Source of the DNA: a virus
Lineage: Duplodnaviria > Caudoviricetes
Length of the DNA stretch: 26,576 nt
IMG/VR virus record: IMGVR_UViG_3300044724_000347
Span: 1 to 26,576 of that record
Direction: 5' to 3' (one strand)
In this document: piece after piece, positions 16,747 to 26,351 of the stretch
How the letters are laid out: every line of letters starts with the position of its first letter
Position numbering within the stretch: the first letter of the stretch is position 1
Position numbers and translations under genes: made by a program
Notes under the pieces: generated by a model
What the model was told of the DNA's origin: nothing
The model's input: only the letters and a program-made list of their open reading frames with translations
Database searches by the model: none

Positions 16747-17297
16747 TGGCAAGATCAATTAGCTCAGGTTTGCAAACTCAAATAGCAAACGATGCTAATA
16801 AAATTGCTTTTCTTTTAGAATTTAATTTTTCTACCCCATTAAGAGCAACTAATTATTATACAGATGTTACTTACGATTCTAATTCTTATGAAGCAGGTGG
16901 AGATTTCATATCTTTAGAAACAGCCACAGAAAATGGCGAAGCAAAAATTCAAGAATTAAGCGTAACCATGCAAAACATCACCAGTGATGTTAGAGAATTA
17001 ATTGAAGATGGTAATTACACCAATGTTGTTTGCAATATTTACATAGCTTTCTTTGATAGCAATGAAGCATTAGTAGATGCAACAACTTATTTTTCTGGGT
17101 TTATTAAGTCTGCAACTATCAAAGAAACAAATAATGCTTCTCACATAACGCTTGGAATTTCTAATCATTGGTCAAACTGGAATTTAAAAAAAGGTAGACA
17201 TTTCACAGATGAATCTCAACAAAATGTTTATTCTGGAGATGTTGGTTTTGAATATGCAGATCAAACAAAAGAAGATATTAGATGGGGTGCTGATTAA
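16746..17297 (+). CDS. Baseplate hub / minor tail protein (gpL / DUF2163-like)
   Basis: Synteny; R.FTDESQQ..Y.GD.GFEY......IRWG C-terminus typical of this class. Confidence 0.7.
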   Translation: MARSISSGLQTQIANDANKIAFLLEFNFSTPLRATNYYTDVTYDSNSYEAGGDFISLETATENGEAKIQELSVTMQNITSDVRELIEDGNYTNVVCNIYIAFFDSNEALVDATTYFSGFIKSATIKETNNASHITLGISNHWSNWNLKKGRHFTDESQQNVYSGDVGFEYADQTKEDIRWGAD

Positions 17298-20200
17298 TGG
17301 TTTTTGGTGAATTTAAAATCTTCGCTGAAATGATTGCAACGGTTAAAGCTGTTGCTTCTACTATTTGGACTGCTATTCAAGTTATTACTGTTGCAGTTGG
17401 AGTCAAGGGCTATCTAGAAGCAAGAGAACTGATGTCTAGAGGACAAGATATTCTAGGTCAAAAAACTGCTCAAGGTGGAAAGATACCAGTCATTTACGGA
17501 AGAAGAAGAGTAGGTTCTACCTTAGCTTTTTTGCATACCCATGATGGCAGAAGTAAAGATTTATTTGTGGTCTATGCTTTATCCGTTGGAGAAGTAGATC
17601 AGATTGAATTAGATACTATTGAAATAAACGGTGTATCTATTAAAGATACTAAAGTGTTTAGACAGGGTTATTATGCAGGCTCAGATAAAATAGCTTCTGG
17701 TGCAGGTTCTTTGTGTACTGCATCACAAATAGGTAACGTACAAGAATCTAATGCAGGTTACTCAGGAACTGACCCAACAAAAAGATATAGAATGGTTTTT
17801 AATGCTCATCACGGAGCAAGTGATCAAACCGTTGACCCTATGCTTAATGCATCAATTTCTACAGAATGGACTACAAATCATAGATTAAGAGGAGTTGCTT
17901 ACATTGCAGCATCTTTTGAATATGACAGCAGGGGAATGTTCTCTAGCATTCCGCAGCTCACTGTGGTTGTGAGAGGTAAAAAACTTTATGACCCTAGAAA
18001 AGATGGCTCAATATCTGGTGGTTCTGGTAGTCACAGATACGACACACCAAGTACGTTTGAATGGTCAGATAATGCAGCTCTTTGTTTGCTAGATTATTTA
18101 AGAGATGATGAATATGGTAAAGGTCTTGCAAGTAGTGCGGTTAATTTGCAATCATTTCAAACTGCAGCAAGCACATCAGATGAATTAGAAGATACTCCAG
18201 ATTATGACGGTACAGCATCTTCAGCTACATTCTCTGGAACGTCTGGAAATAATTTTGTTAACGTTGATGCAACCACTTGGGCAAATTCAAAAATTGGTGG
18301 AAAGCTAACATTAGTAGACTCAGGTGCTGCTACTGAATTTGATGCAGTGGATATTATTGATTCTTCTAGATGGCAAGAATACGATGCAACTAATCCAACT
18401 TATCAAGTAGTTGTTAATGATACTCTTTCAGCAAATTACACCAATGAATCTGGAACTGCATTAGTTAAGGTAAAAAGATTTCATTGTAATGGTGTTGTAG
18501 ATACCAATAAAAATGTCTTAGAAAATACACAGGAACTCTTAGGTAATATGAGAGGTATTCTTAATTACATAGACGGTAAATATGAAATAACCTTAGAAGA
18601 TACAGCATCATCTACATTCACAGTTACAGACGATCATATTGTTAGTGACAATGGCATAACCGTAAGCTATGAAAACAAATCAGAAAAAGCAAACAAAGTA
18701 GTCGTTCAATTTTTTAATGCATTAAAGAAATACGAAATGGATACAGTTACTGTATTTCATGATGCAACACCTAACTACAAATCAGATGATGGTGGGGAAG
18801 AATTAGAAATAGTTGTAGATTTTCCTTACATAGTTAATAAATACGTTGCTTACAACATGGGCGAAGCAATACTTGGTAGATCAAGAAACCAGATGACTAT
18901 CAGCTTTACTGGTACTCCAGAGCTTTACAAAGTTAAAGTTGGAGATGTTATTACTGTTGCTTATACACCTGTAGGATTTACAGGAAAGCTATTTAGAGTT
19001 GAAGCAATGGCATTACAACCTAATGGATTGGTGGATGTTCAGTGTATTGAATATCTAGACATTTATAGTTGGGAAGCACCGCCACAAGAAAACATAGAAG
19101 ACATTGCAAGAATACCTGCAGGATTTGAGGTTAAAGCTCCAACAGGATTAACTTTTACTGATTCTAATAGCAGCTCAACAGGAAGACCTTTTCTTTCATG
19201 GAACGAGCCAACAGACTTTCCTAATTACGAATACAGGGTTTCTATCGTAGATGCTTCAAGCAATAAATTGCTTAATAAGATTGTTGATGATGAATTTGTT
19301 GATTGTAATTTCTTACCAGTAGGTTCTAACTACGTTGCTTCTGTTTCTTCTATCAATTCAGTAGGCTCAGAATCTGATGCTGCAACGCTTACATTTAGCG
19401 TAGGCACAGCACCAGTAGCTCAAGCAGATTTAAAAGATGCAATAGTTTCTACAGCTAAACTGGTTGATGATGCAGTCACTAATGCAAAAATAGCTGTTGA
19501 TGCCATTCAGGGCGATGTCATTGCAGCAGGGGCAATTACTACAACCAAGATAGGAGCTAATGCAGTAACCACAGCTAAACTTGCTAATGATGCTGTGACC
19601 TCAGATATAATCGCAGCAGGTGCAATAACAGCAACAGAAATATCTGATGGTGCTATATCGACACCTAAACTTGCAGCAGGGGCGGTTACTACAGCTAAAC
19701 TTGCAGCAGGCAGTGTTACAGCTAATGAGATTGCAGTAAATACAATAACAGCAGGACAAATTGCAACAGGAGCAATCAATACCGATGAGCTTGCTGCTAA
19801 TGCAGTAACAGCAGCAAAGATAGCTGCTAATACTATTACAGCTTCACAAATTGCAGCAGGAACTATAACCTCTACTCAAATTGCAACCGATACTATAACA
19901 GCAGCAAATATTGCAGCAGGAGCAATAGCAACTTCTGAATTAGCTGCTAGTGCAGTAACAGCAGATAAAATAAATGTATCAACGCTTTCATCTATTACTG
20001 CTAATGTTGGAACGCTGACAGCAGGAACTATTGATGCTTCTACTTTAACTATTAATAACATCAATGCTACCAATATAAATACAGGAACTTTATCTGCATC
20101 AAGATTAAATATAGATGGAATTACTTTAGAAAATAGTGGTGGTCAATTAATAATAAAAAGCGGTGGTGTAGCTACAACTCAACTTGCAACCGATGCGGTT

Positions 20201-20659
20201 ACTACACCAAAACTTATAGATAGAGCTACTTCAGTATTTGCAACTGCGACAGGCAGTGTCGGATATTGGTATGTTGATAACTTAGCTCAAACTGCTATTG
20301 TTACTACAGGTGTATTTCAAGCACCATCTACTACAGGTAACACTTTTTTTGTTATTGGTAATACTTATATTAATGCTAACTCAGGAAGCTCTACTGCTGA
20401 CTGGTGTGAGCTGCAAGTACAAAGAAGAAGTGCATCAACTAGCGGTGGTGTAAGTTCTGCTAGTTATTCAACCATTGCAACTATTAGAGCAAGAGGTGAA
20501 ACAGGGGAAGCATTGCAGTCTATTATTGCTAACGATGCTTATACAGCAGATTATTATTATCAATATAGAGTAACGCTAGAAACCAATGGAACTGGAGTTC
20601 TTTATAGCACCAGAAGTTATGGAATAAGTGGCATACAAGTTATAGTGAATTACAAATGA
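17297..20659 (+). CDS. Tail tip / central fibre protein (gpJ-like host specificity protein)
   Basis: IPVIYGRRRVG, LSVGEV..I, HRLRGVAY, VRGKKLYDPR, WSDN.ALCLLDYL, VKVGDVI.V, an Fn3-like APTGL...LSW..P domain, then decapeptide repeats and an unrecognised C-terminal domain. Confidence 0.9.
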   Translation: MVFGEFKIFAEMIATVKAVASTIWTAIQVITVAVGVKGYLEARELMSRGQDILGQKTAQGGKIPVIYGRRRVGSTLAFLHTHDGRSKDLFVVYALSVGEVDQIELDTIEINGVSIKDTKVFRQGYYAGSDKIASGAGSLCTASQIGNVQESNAGYSGTDPTKRYRMVFNAHHGASDQTVDPMLNASISTEWTTNHRLRGVAYIAASFEYDSRGMFSSIPQLTVVVRGKKLYDPRKDGSISGGSGSHRYDTPSTFEWSDNAALCLLDYLRDDEYGKGLASSAVNLQSFQTAASTSDELEDTPDYDGTASSATFSGTSGNNFVNVDATTWANSKIGGKLTLVDSGAATEFDAVDIIDSSRWQEYDATNPTYQVVVNDTLSANYTNESGTALVKVKRFHCNGVVDTNKNVLENTQELLGNMRGILNYIDGKYEITLEDTASSTFTVTDDHIVSDNGITVSYENKSEKANKVVVQFFNALKKYEMDTVTVFHDATPNYKSDDGGEELEIVVDFPYIVNKYVAYNMGEAILGRSRNQMTISFTGTPELYKVKVGDVITVAYTPVGFTGKLFRVEAMALQPNGLVDVQCIEYLDIYSWEAPPQENIEDIARIPAGFEVKAPTGLTFTDSNSSSTGRPFLSWNEPTDFPNYEYRVSIVDASSNKLLNKIVDDEFVDCNFLPVGSNYVASVSSINSVGSESDAATLTFSVGTAPVAQADLKDAIVSTAKLVDDAVTNAKIAVDAIQGDVIAAGAITTTKIGANAVTTAKLANDAVTSDIIAAGAITATEISDGAISTPKLAAGAVTTAKLAAGSVTANEIAVNTITAGQIATGAINTDELAANAVTAAKIAANTITASQIAAGTITSTQIATDTITAANIAAGAIATSELAASAVTADKINVSTLSSITANVGTLTAGTIDASTLTINNINATNINTGTLSASRLNIDGITLENSGGQLIIKSGGVATTQLATDAVTTPKLIDRATSVFATATGSVGYWYVDNLAQTAIVTTGVFQAPSTTGNTFFVIGNTYINANSGSSTADWCELQVQRRSASTSGGVSSASYSTIATIRARGETGEALQSIIANDAYTADYYYQYRVTLETNGTGVLYSTRSYGISGIQVIVNYK
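19436..19975 (+). repeat. About 18 tandem decapeptide repeats (consensus A-G/N-A-I/V-T-A-x-K/E/Q-I/L-A) in the tail tip protein
   Basis: Read from the translation, DAIVSTAKLV through ASAVTADKIN; 30-nt periodicity with recurrent GCAGCAGG. Confidence 0.9.
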
Positions 20660-21042
20660 TGAAGAGAATTAGTTGGTACGATTCAGAGGGCAATATAAAG
20701 CATTGCCAAACAGTGCAAGAAGGTCTTGAAGATGCTTCTTGTCCTGAAGATGGCTTGCAATGGATAGAAGGACATCCTGAGCTAATACAAAATTCTAAAG
20801 TTGTTGATGGCGAAATAGTCAATGGCAACAATGATTCCATTCTTCCAATATTAGAAGAATTAAGAATATACAGAGATCTTAGATTAAGAAGATCAGATTG
20901 GACACAAATGAATGATTCACCGCTTTCTGATGAAAAGAAGGCAGAATGGGCAACTTACAGACAACAGTTAAGAGATTTACCATCTCAATATACAGAGAAT
21001 GATAATATTGATGATGTGGTGTTTCCTACACCACCAACATAA
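20656..21042 (+). CDS. Tail fibre assembly chaperone (phage tail APC-like)
   Basis: LR..RD..L..SDWTQ..DSPL...KAEWATYRQQLRDLP...V.FP..P signature. Confidence 0.85.
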   Translation: MMKRISWYDSEGNIKHCQTVQEGLEDASCPEDGLQWIEGHPELIQNSKVVDGEIVNGNNDSILPILEELRIYRDLRLRRSDWTQMNDSPLSDEKKAEWATYRQQLRDLPSQYTENDNIDDVVFPTPPT

Positions 21043-21068
21043 ACTACAATAGGGGAAGAGGATTTTAA

Positions 21069-24000
21069 ATGGCAAGTCATGACTACAATTTAGCAAATGC
21101 AACTGGTGCTAATTTTAGAGCAGATTTAAACAATGCTCTATCAGCAATACTTTCCAATAATTCATCTGCTACAGAACCAACAACTACAGCAGCATATATG
21201 CTTTGGGTGGATACAGGAAATAATCTGCTCAAAATGCGAAACAGCGATGATAATGCATGGATTACTTTACCAGTATCAATAACTACCTCAAACACTGTAG
21301 ATATTGACGGTGGTACAGTTAACACCATTACTTCTTTTTCTTTTAGTTCTGGTGCAACAGTTACAACCATATTAGACGAAGATGATTTATCTTCTGATGA
21401 TGCTTCTGCATTAGCTACACAGCAATCAATCAAAGCGTATGTAGATAGCCAAGTTACAGCTCAAGATCTGGACTTTCAAGGCGATACAGGTGGAGCTTTA
21501 TCTATAGATTTAGATTCAGAGACTTTTACGATTTCAGGTGGAAATGGTATTGCCACATCAGGTGCTTTAAATACATTAACTATCGCTATAGATAGTAGTG
21601 TAGTCACACTAACCGACACACAGACCCTTACTAATAAAAGCATTGATGCTGACAGTAATACCATTTCTAACCTTGAAGTAGACAACTTAAAATCAGGAGT
21701 TCTGGACACAGATCTAACTTCTGTTTCTGCTTCAGACGATACTCTAGCTTCTTCTAAGGCAATTAAAACTTATGTTGATGCTCAGGTAACAGCTCAAGAT
21801 TTAGACCTCACAGATGGCACGACAAGCATTTCTATAGACTTAGATTCTGAAGAACTTTCTGTGCTTGGTGGTACAGGTGTTACTTCTACTGCTTCTGGTA
21901 ATGGTGTTACTTTGGCTATTGGTCAAGATGTTGGCACTACTGCTGATGTCACCTTTAATACAGTTGCAGCAGATTTAACTGGAGATGTTACTGGTACAGT
22001 TTCTAGTATAGCTAATCATTCAACTTCAGATCTCAGCGAAGGCACTAATCTCTACTATACAACTGCAAGGTTTGATTCTGCTTTTAGTGGCAAATCAACT
22101 TCAGACCTAACTGAAGGAACTAATTTATATTTTACTGATGCAAGAGCAAGAGCTACTATAAGTGCATCAGGTGATCTATCTTATAACTCCACTACAGGAG
22201 TAATATCGTTTACAGAAAGAACTGATGCAGAAGTCAGAGGATTAATATCTGCTTCAGGAGATTTATCTTATAACTCTACTACAGGAGTTATGTCATTCAC
22301 AGAAAGAACTGATGCAGAAGTAAGAGGTTTAGTTTCTGCTTCTGGAGATCTTTCTTACAATTCAACTACTGGTGTATTTAGTTTTACTGAAAGAACCGAT
22401 GCAGAAGTTAGAGGACTTATCTCTGTTTCTGGAGATTTATCTTATAACTCTACAACTGGAGTTATGTCATTTACTGAAAGAACAGATAGTGAGGTAAGAG
22501 GTTTATTATCTGGTGGTACAGGAGTTACTTATAACAATAGCACTGGTGAAATTTCTATTGGTCAGGCAGTTAGCACAACTTCTGACGTTACGTTTAATGA
22601 TGTCATAGTTTCTGGAGACCTAACCGTTTCAGGAACTACCACTACTATTAATACTGAAACTATTAATCTTGCAGATAATATTATTCTCTTTAACTCTAAC
22701 GCTACAGGAACACCTAGTGAAAATGCAGGTATAGAAATTGAAAGAGGGGATGCAACAAATAAAACTCTTCTTTGGAACGAAACAGACGATAAATGGACTG
22801 TAGGTTCAGAAACTTTTGTTGCAGGAACTTTTGAGGGCAATGTTACAGGAACAGTATCCAGTATTGCAAACCATGACACCGATGATCTTTCTGAAGGTGC
22901 ATCTAACCTCTATTACACCACAGCTAGATTTGATTCAGCATTTAGTGGTAAAAGCACTAGCGATCTAACAGAAGGCACAAATCTTTATTACACAACAGCT
23001 AGATTTGATTCTGCTTTCTCTGGTAAATCTACCTCTGACTTAACTGAGGGTACTAATCTTTACTATACAACTGCAAGGGCTAATTCAGACTTTGATACTA
23101 GACTTGCAACTAAATCTACTTCTGATTTAGCAGAAGGTGCTAACCTTTATTACACAGATACAAGGGCTAATTCAGCCATTGATGCTAGGGTTACTCAATC
23201 TTTTGTAAATGCATTGAATGTAACAGCAGCAGGAGTCCAAGCGGACTCTGTTGCTCTTGGAACTGATACTACAGGTAACTATGTTGCAAGTGCTACAGGT
23301 GGAACTGGTGTTACTGTTACAAGCGGAACTGGTGAAGGTTCAACACCAAGCATAGCTATAGGACAGGCGGTAGGTACGACAGATGATGTTACATTCAATA
23401 CTGTAACAGCAACAGATGAATTTTTAGGCGATATTGATGGTGCAATTCAAACAACTATTCGCAACACAACAGGAAGCACCATTTATAAAGGACAAGCAGT
23501 TTATGTTACAGGTTTATCAGGCGATACACCTACAGTAGCTTTAGCAAAAGCCAATAGTGCATCAACCATGCCTGCGGTTGGTATAGCAAGAACCGATATT
23601 AATAATAATGCAACTGGACAAATGACTGTTCTAGGAACACTAGAAGGCATTGATACTTCAGCTTCAAACAATCTAGAGACTGGAGTTACACTAATCATTA
23701 ATGATGTGTTTTATGTTAGTGCTACAGAAGCAGGTAATATTACAAATGTTGCACCAACAGGCGAAAGCAATCTTATTCAAAACTTGGGTAGGGTAGTTAG
23801 AGTAAGCCCTAACACTAATATGACATTCAGTGTGCAGGGTGCAGGAAGAACTAATGCGACACCTAACTTAAACTCAGGCAAGATCTTCTATGGTAATGGT
23901 TCAAATCAATCTGTAGCCACTACCTTAGATACAAGCATAGTTCCTGAGAATACTAATCTTTATTACACCGATGCTAGAGCTAATTCAGCAATAGATACTA

Positions 24001-25361
24001 GAGTTACTAAATCTTTTGTTGATGCTTTAGGCGTTGCAGCTTCAACTGCAACTACCTTAGCAACCGCAAGAGACTTCAGCTTAACTGGTGATGTCACCGC
24101 AGCAGGAGTTTCTTTTGATGGTTCAGGTAACGTAGCATTAAGTACAAACATAGGTTCTAACACTGTAGGTATTACAGAGTTAAATGTAACCGATGGTACA
24201 AGCGGTCAAGTCTTAACAACTAACGGTGCAGGTACTTTATCTTTTTCTACTATCTCAGGTTATACAGATAGTGATGTTGAGACTTATTTAGATACTGGAA
24301 CTTCTACACCAACCTTTGCTTCTGCAATAGTTTCAGGAGACTTAACAGTTGACACTAATACGCTGTATGTAGATTCTACAAATAATAGAGTTGGTATAGG
24401 TACGAGTAGTCCTGCATATGCACTAGATGTTGTTGACACCACTGGAAACGCCTACATTTCTGTAGGCAGAGGAACACAATCACAAGGAGAGGTTGGTTTT
24501 AAATTAGAAGGTGGTACTTCAGGCGGCGATTGGTTTATGTATCAACCCACTTCAAGTAAGGATTTAAGATTTTATCAAGGTTCTGACAAAGTAACCTTTG
24601 ATACTTCAGGCAATGTTGGCTTACCAACCAATGGAAATATCTCAGGCGGTAATATTCAACTAGGTATTACTTCTGATAGTAATACTAAATTTGGAACAAT
24701 AACTTTACAACATTACAATCCTTCTTCTGAACCTGAAGGTAATTTAATAATATATGGTGCTGATGATGGCTCTACACGCCACATGGGACTTGGCGGTGGT
24801 ATTAGTGAAATCAATGCTTTCAATCAACTTAGATTTTATACAGCAGCAGGTACAGCAAGAACTGGCACAGAACGCATAAGGATAAATAATTCTGGTCATT
24901 TTCTTGTTGGAATTAGCTCTTATTCAGGAAGCTCAGAAGGTGTTAAATTACAAAAAGATGGTCTTTATATTGGTAAATCAACAACAGCTATACAGCATTG
25001 TGCAAGATTTGAAAACCCAAATGGGGAAGTTGGTAGTATTAAAACCACAGGTACTTCTACTCAATTTAACACATCATCTGATGCAAGACTAAAAGATGTT
25101 ACAGGGTCTGCAAGAGGATTAGAGGTAATTAATGCTCTTAATCCAGTAGCATTTAACTGGACAACCGATGGTAAATCTGACGAAGGCTTATTAGCTCAAG
25201 AAGTACAACAGATTGTGCCTAATGCAGTTAGTGGCTCTGAAGAAGAATACTATCAAATGGATTACAGCAAACTTGTGACTCATTTGGTTGCAGGTATGAA
25301 AGAACAACAAACATTAATAGAACAGCTACAAGCCGAAGTAGCATTACTTAAAGGAGAATAA
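21069..25361 (+). CDS. Long tail fibre with C-terminal intramolecular chaperone (peptidase S74)
   Basis: N-terminal anchor HDY.LAN..G..FRADLNNAL.AI..NNS; Thr/Ser/Gly-rich repeats; NRVGIGTSSP; ERIRI..SG..LVG; auto-cleavage site TSSDARLK; G.LAQEV...P.AV; DYSKL...LV...KE followed by a coiled coil. Confidence 0.93.
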   Translation: MASHDYNLANATGANFRADLNNALSAILSNNSSATEPTTTAAYMLWVDTGNNLLKMRNSDDNAWITLPVSITTSNTVDIDGGTVNTITSFSFSSGATVTTILDEDDLSSDDASALATQQSIKAYVDSQVTAQDLDFQGDTGGALSIDLDSETFTISGGNGIATSGALNTLTIAIDSSVVTLTDTQTLTNKSIDADSNTISNLEVDNLKSGVLDTDLTSVSASDDTLASSKAIKTYVDAQVTAQDLDLTDGTTSISIDLDSEELSVLGGTGVTSTASGNGVTLAIGQDVGTTADVTFNTVAADLTGDVTGTVSSIANHSTSDLSEGTNLYYTTARFDSAFSGKSTSDLTEGTNLYFTDARARATISASGDLSYNSTTGVISFTERTDAEVRGLISASGDLSYNSTTGVMSFTERTDAEVRGLVSASGDLSYNSTTGVFSFTERTDAEVRGLISVSGDLSYNSTTGVMSFTERTDSEVRGLLSGGTGVTYNNSTGEISIGQAVSTTSDVTFNDVIVSGDLTVSGTTTTINTETINLADNIILFNSNATGTPSENAGIEIERGDATNKTLLWNETDDKWTVGSETFVAGTFEGNVTGTVSSIANHDTDDLSEGASNLYYTTARFDSAFSGKSTSDLTEGTNLYYTTARFDSAFSGKSTSDLTEGTNLYYTTARANSDFDTRLATKSTSDLAEGANLYYTDTRANSAIDARVTQSFVNALNVTAAGVQADSVALGTDTTGNYVASATGGTGVTVTSGTGEGSTPSIAIGQAVGTTDDVTFNTVTATDEFLGDIDGAIQTTIRNTTGSTIYKGQAVYVTGLSGDTPTVALAKANSASTMPAVGIARTDINNNATGQMTVLGTLEGIDTSASNNLETGVTLIINDVFYVSATEAGNITNVAPTGESNLIQNLGRVVRVSPNTNMTFSVQGAGRTNATPNLNSGKIFYGNGSNQSVATTLDTSIVPENTNLYYTDARANSAIDTRVTKSFVDALGVAASTATTLATARDFSLTGDVTAAGVSFDGSGNVALSTNIGSNTVGITELNVTDGTSGQVLTTNGAGTLSFSTISGYTDSDVETYLDTGTSTPTFASAIVSGDLTVDTNTLYVDSTNNRVGIGTSSPAYALDVVDTTGNAYISVGRGTQSQGEVGFKLEGGTSGGDWFMYQPTSSKDLRFYQGSDKVTFDTSGNVGLPTNGNISGGNIQLGITSDSNTKFGTITLQHYNPSSEPEGNLIIYGADDGSTRHMGLGGGISEINAFNQLRFYTAAGTARTGTERIRINNSGHFLVGISSYSGSSEGVKLQKDGLYIGKSTTAIQHCARFENPNGEVGSIKTTGTSTQFNTSSDARLKDVTGSARGLEVINALNPVAFNWTTDGKSDEGLLAQEVQQIVPNAVSGSEEEYYQMDYSKLVTHLVAGMKEQQTLIEQLQAEVALLKGE
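22158..22505 (+). repeat. Four tandem 87-bp (29-aa) repeats in the tail fibre
   Basis: ISASGDLSYNSTTGVxSFTERTDAEVRGL units start at 22158, 22245, 22332 and 22419. Confidence 0.95.
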
Positions 25362-25362
25362 A

Positions 25363-25707
25363 ATGGCAATAACTTATACATGGAACTGTCATACTGTAGA
25401 TGTTTACCCATCTGAGGGTGGCGAACAGAATGTTATTTACAACATTCATTGGATCTTAACAGGTACTGATTCTGAAGTAGATGCAGAAGGCAATCCTTAT
25501 GTTGCTACTGTTTACTCAACTCAAACAGTTGATACCTCTGATCTCAGCAACTTTGTACCATTTGACCAAGTAACTAATACAATAGCTACTGGTTGGGTTG
25601 AAGCTGCTATGGGTGCTGAAGAAGTACAATCTCTGAAAGATGGATTGGATGCACAGATTGATGGGTTAAAGAATCCGACTTCTGTTACCAAAACTCTTGT
25701 TAGTTAA
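25363..25707 (+). CDS. Fibre-associated conserved phage protein (probable fibre assembly accessory)
   Basis: AAGGAG RBS; MAITYTW...V..IHW...G.D...FVPFDQVT...GWV...G pattern, commonly seen after S74 fibres. Confidence 0.7.
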   Translation: MAITYTWNCHTVDVYPSEGGEQNVIYNIHWILTGTDSEVDAEGNPYVATVYSTQTVDTSDLSNFVPFDQVTNTIATGWVEAAMGAEEVQSLKDGLDAQIDGLKNPTSVTKTLVS

Positions 25708-25740
25708 TATATAATTAATTAAAACTTTTAGGAGAAACTA

Positions 25741-25983
25741 ATGGAGAAACAAGAACAAGTAAACGAAAATCCAGTCATCATAACTTTAGATGACAAGGAA
25801 TACAGAAGAGAAGATCTTAACGATGATCAATTAGTTATTGCTGCGGAACTTCAAGGGATTGCAAGAGATATGCAACAACTAGAAGCTCAGCACAACAGAC
25901 TAAACAGAGATAAGAACTATCGTATCTTGGATTTTCAAAACAGCTTAACTGTAGAAGAGGTTGAAGCTGACGAGGAGAAATAA
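25741..25983 (+). CDS. Small acidic coiled-coil phage protein
   Basis: AGGAG RBS; ITLDDKEY..EDL.D.Q followed by a heptad pattern. Confidence 0.75.
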   Translation: MEKQEQVNENPVIITLDDKEYRREDLNDDQLVIAAELQGIARDMQQLEAQHNRLNRDKNYRILDFQNSLTVEEVEADEEK

Positions 25984-26109
25984 ATGTTTGAAGTATTAAC
26001 ATTAACAAATTCAATCTTTATTATTTTTTTATGCTTCTTGCATAAAGATTTAATCAAAGATCTTTATCCTTCAGCACCTAAACCTAAAACTAGGGGCAAG
26101 AAAAAATAA
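25984..26109 (+). CDS. Small membrane protein, 41 aa (MFEVLTLTNSIFIIFLCFLHKDLIKDLYPSAPKPKTRGKKK); not in the ORF track
   Basis: GAGGAG RBS; one hydrophobic segment and a basic tail; TAATG overlap with the next gene. Confidence 0.65.
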   Translation: MFEVLTLTNSIFIIFLCFLHKDLIKDLYPSAPKPKTRGKKK

Positions 26110-26345
26110 TGTCTAGTCGTGTCACCGCTTCTGATGTGCATTTAGAATTATCTAAGCATGAAGTACAATGCTCAGAGCGGTGGACACAAAACTGGAACAG
26201 AATGAAAAAGATTGAATCTAGTATTGAGAACCTAGATGCAAAATTAGATACACAATTTGAAAGACTGGATAAGAAAATAACTTCTATGATAGTCACTGGA
26301 TTCTTTTTAATTCTTGGTACATTAGTAGCAGCAGTATTTGCATAA
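26109..26345 (+). CDS. Coiled-coil protein with a C-terminal TM helix (XhlA/holin-accessory-like)
   Basis: HE..C.ERW...R..KIE..I..LD followed by hydrophobic MIVTGFFLILGTLVAAVFA; lies in the lysis region. Confidence 0.65.
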   Translation: MSSRVTASDVHLELSKHEVQCSERWTQNWNRMKKIESSIENLDAKLDTQFERLDKKITSMIVTGFFLILGTLVAAVFA

Positions 26346-26351
26346 ATCACA

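Noticed and set aside
22020-23217. Tail-fibre repeats as a CRISPR array or a DGR template/variable repeat pair
   Set aside because: The repeats are in-frame coding units without unique spacers. Differences are synonymous rather than adenine-specific, and no reverse transcriptase or cas gene is in the window.
1426-24163. Minus-strand ORFs in the track (e.g. 4348-4779, 10087-10473, 15007-15561, 19507-19779, 21083-21433)
   Set aside because: They lie antisense to well-supported genes, lack motifs, and are the expected shadows of + strand codon bias.
25685-25720. TATAAT at 25710-25715 as a promoter for the lysis region
   Set aside because: AT-rich context makes a chance match likely, and the nearest -35-like hexamer (TTACCA) is 19 bp away.
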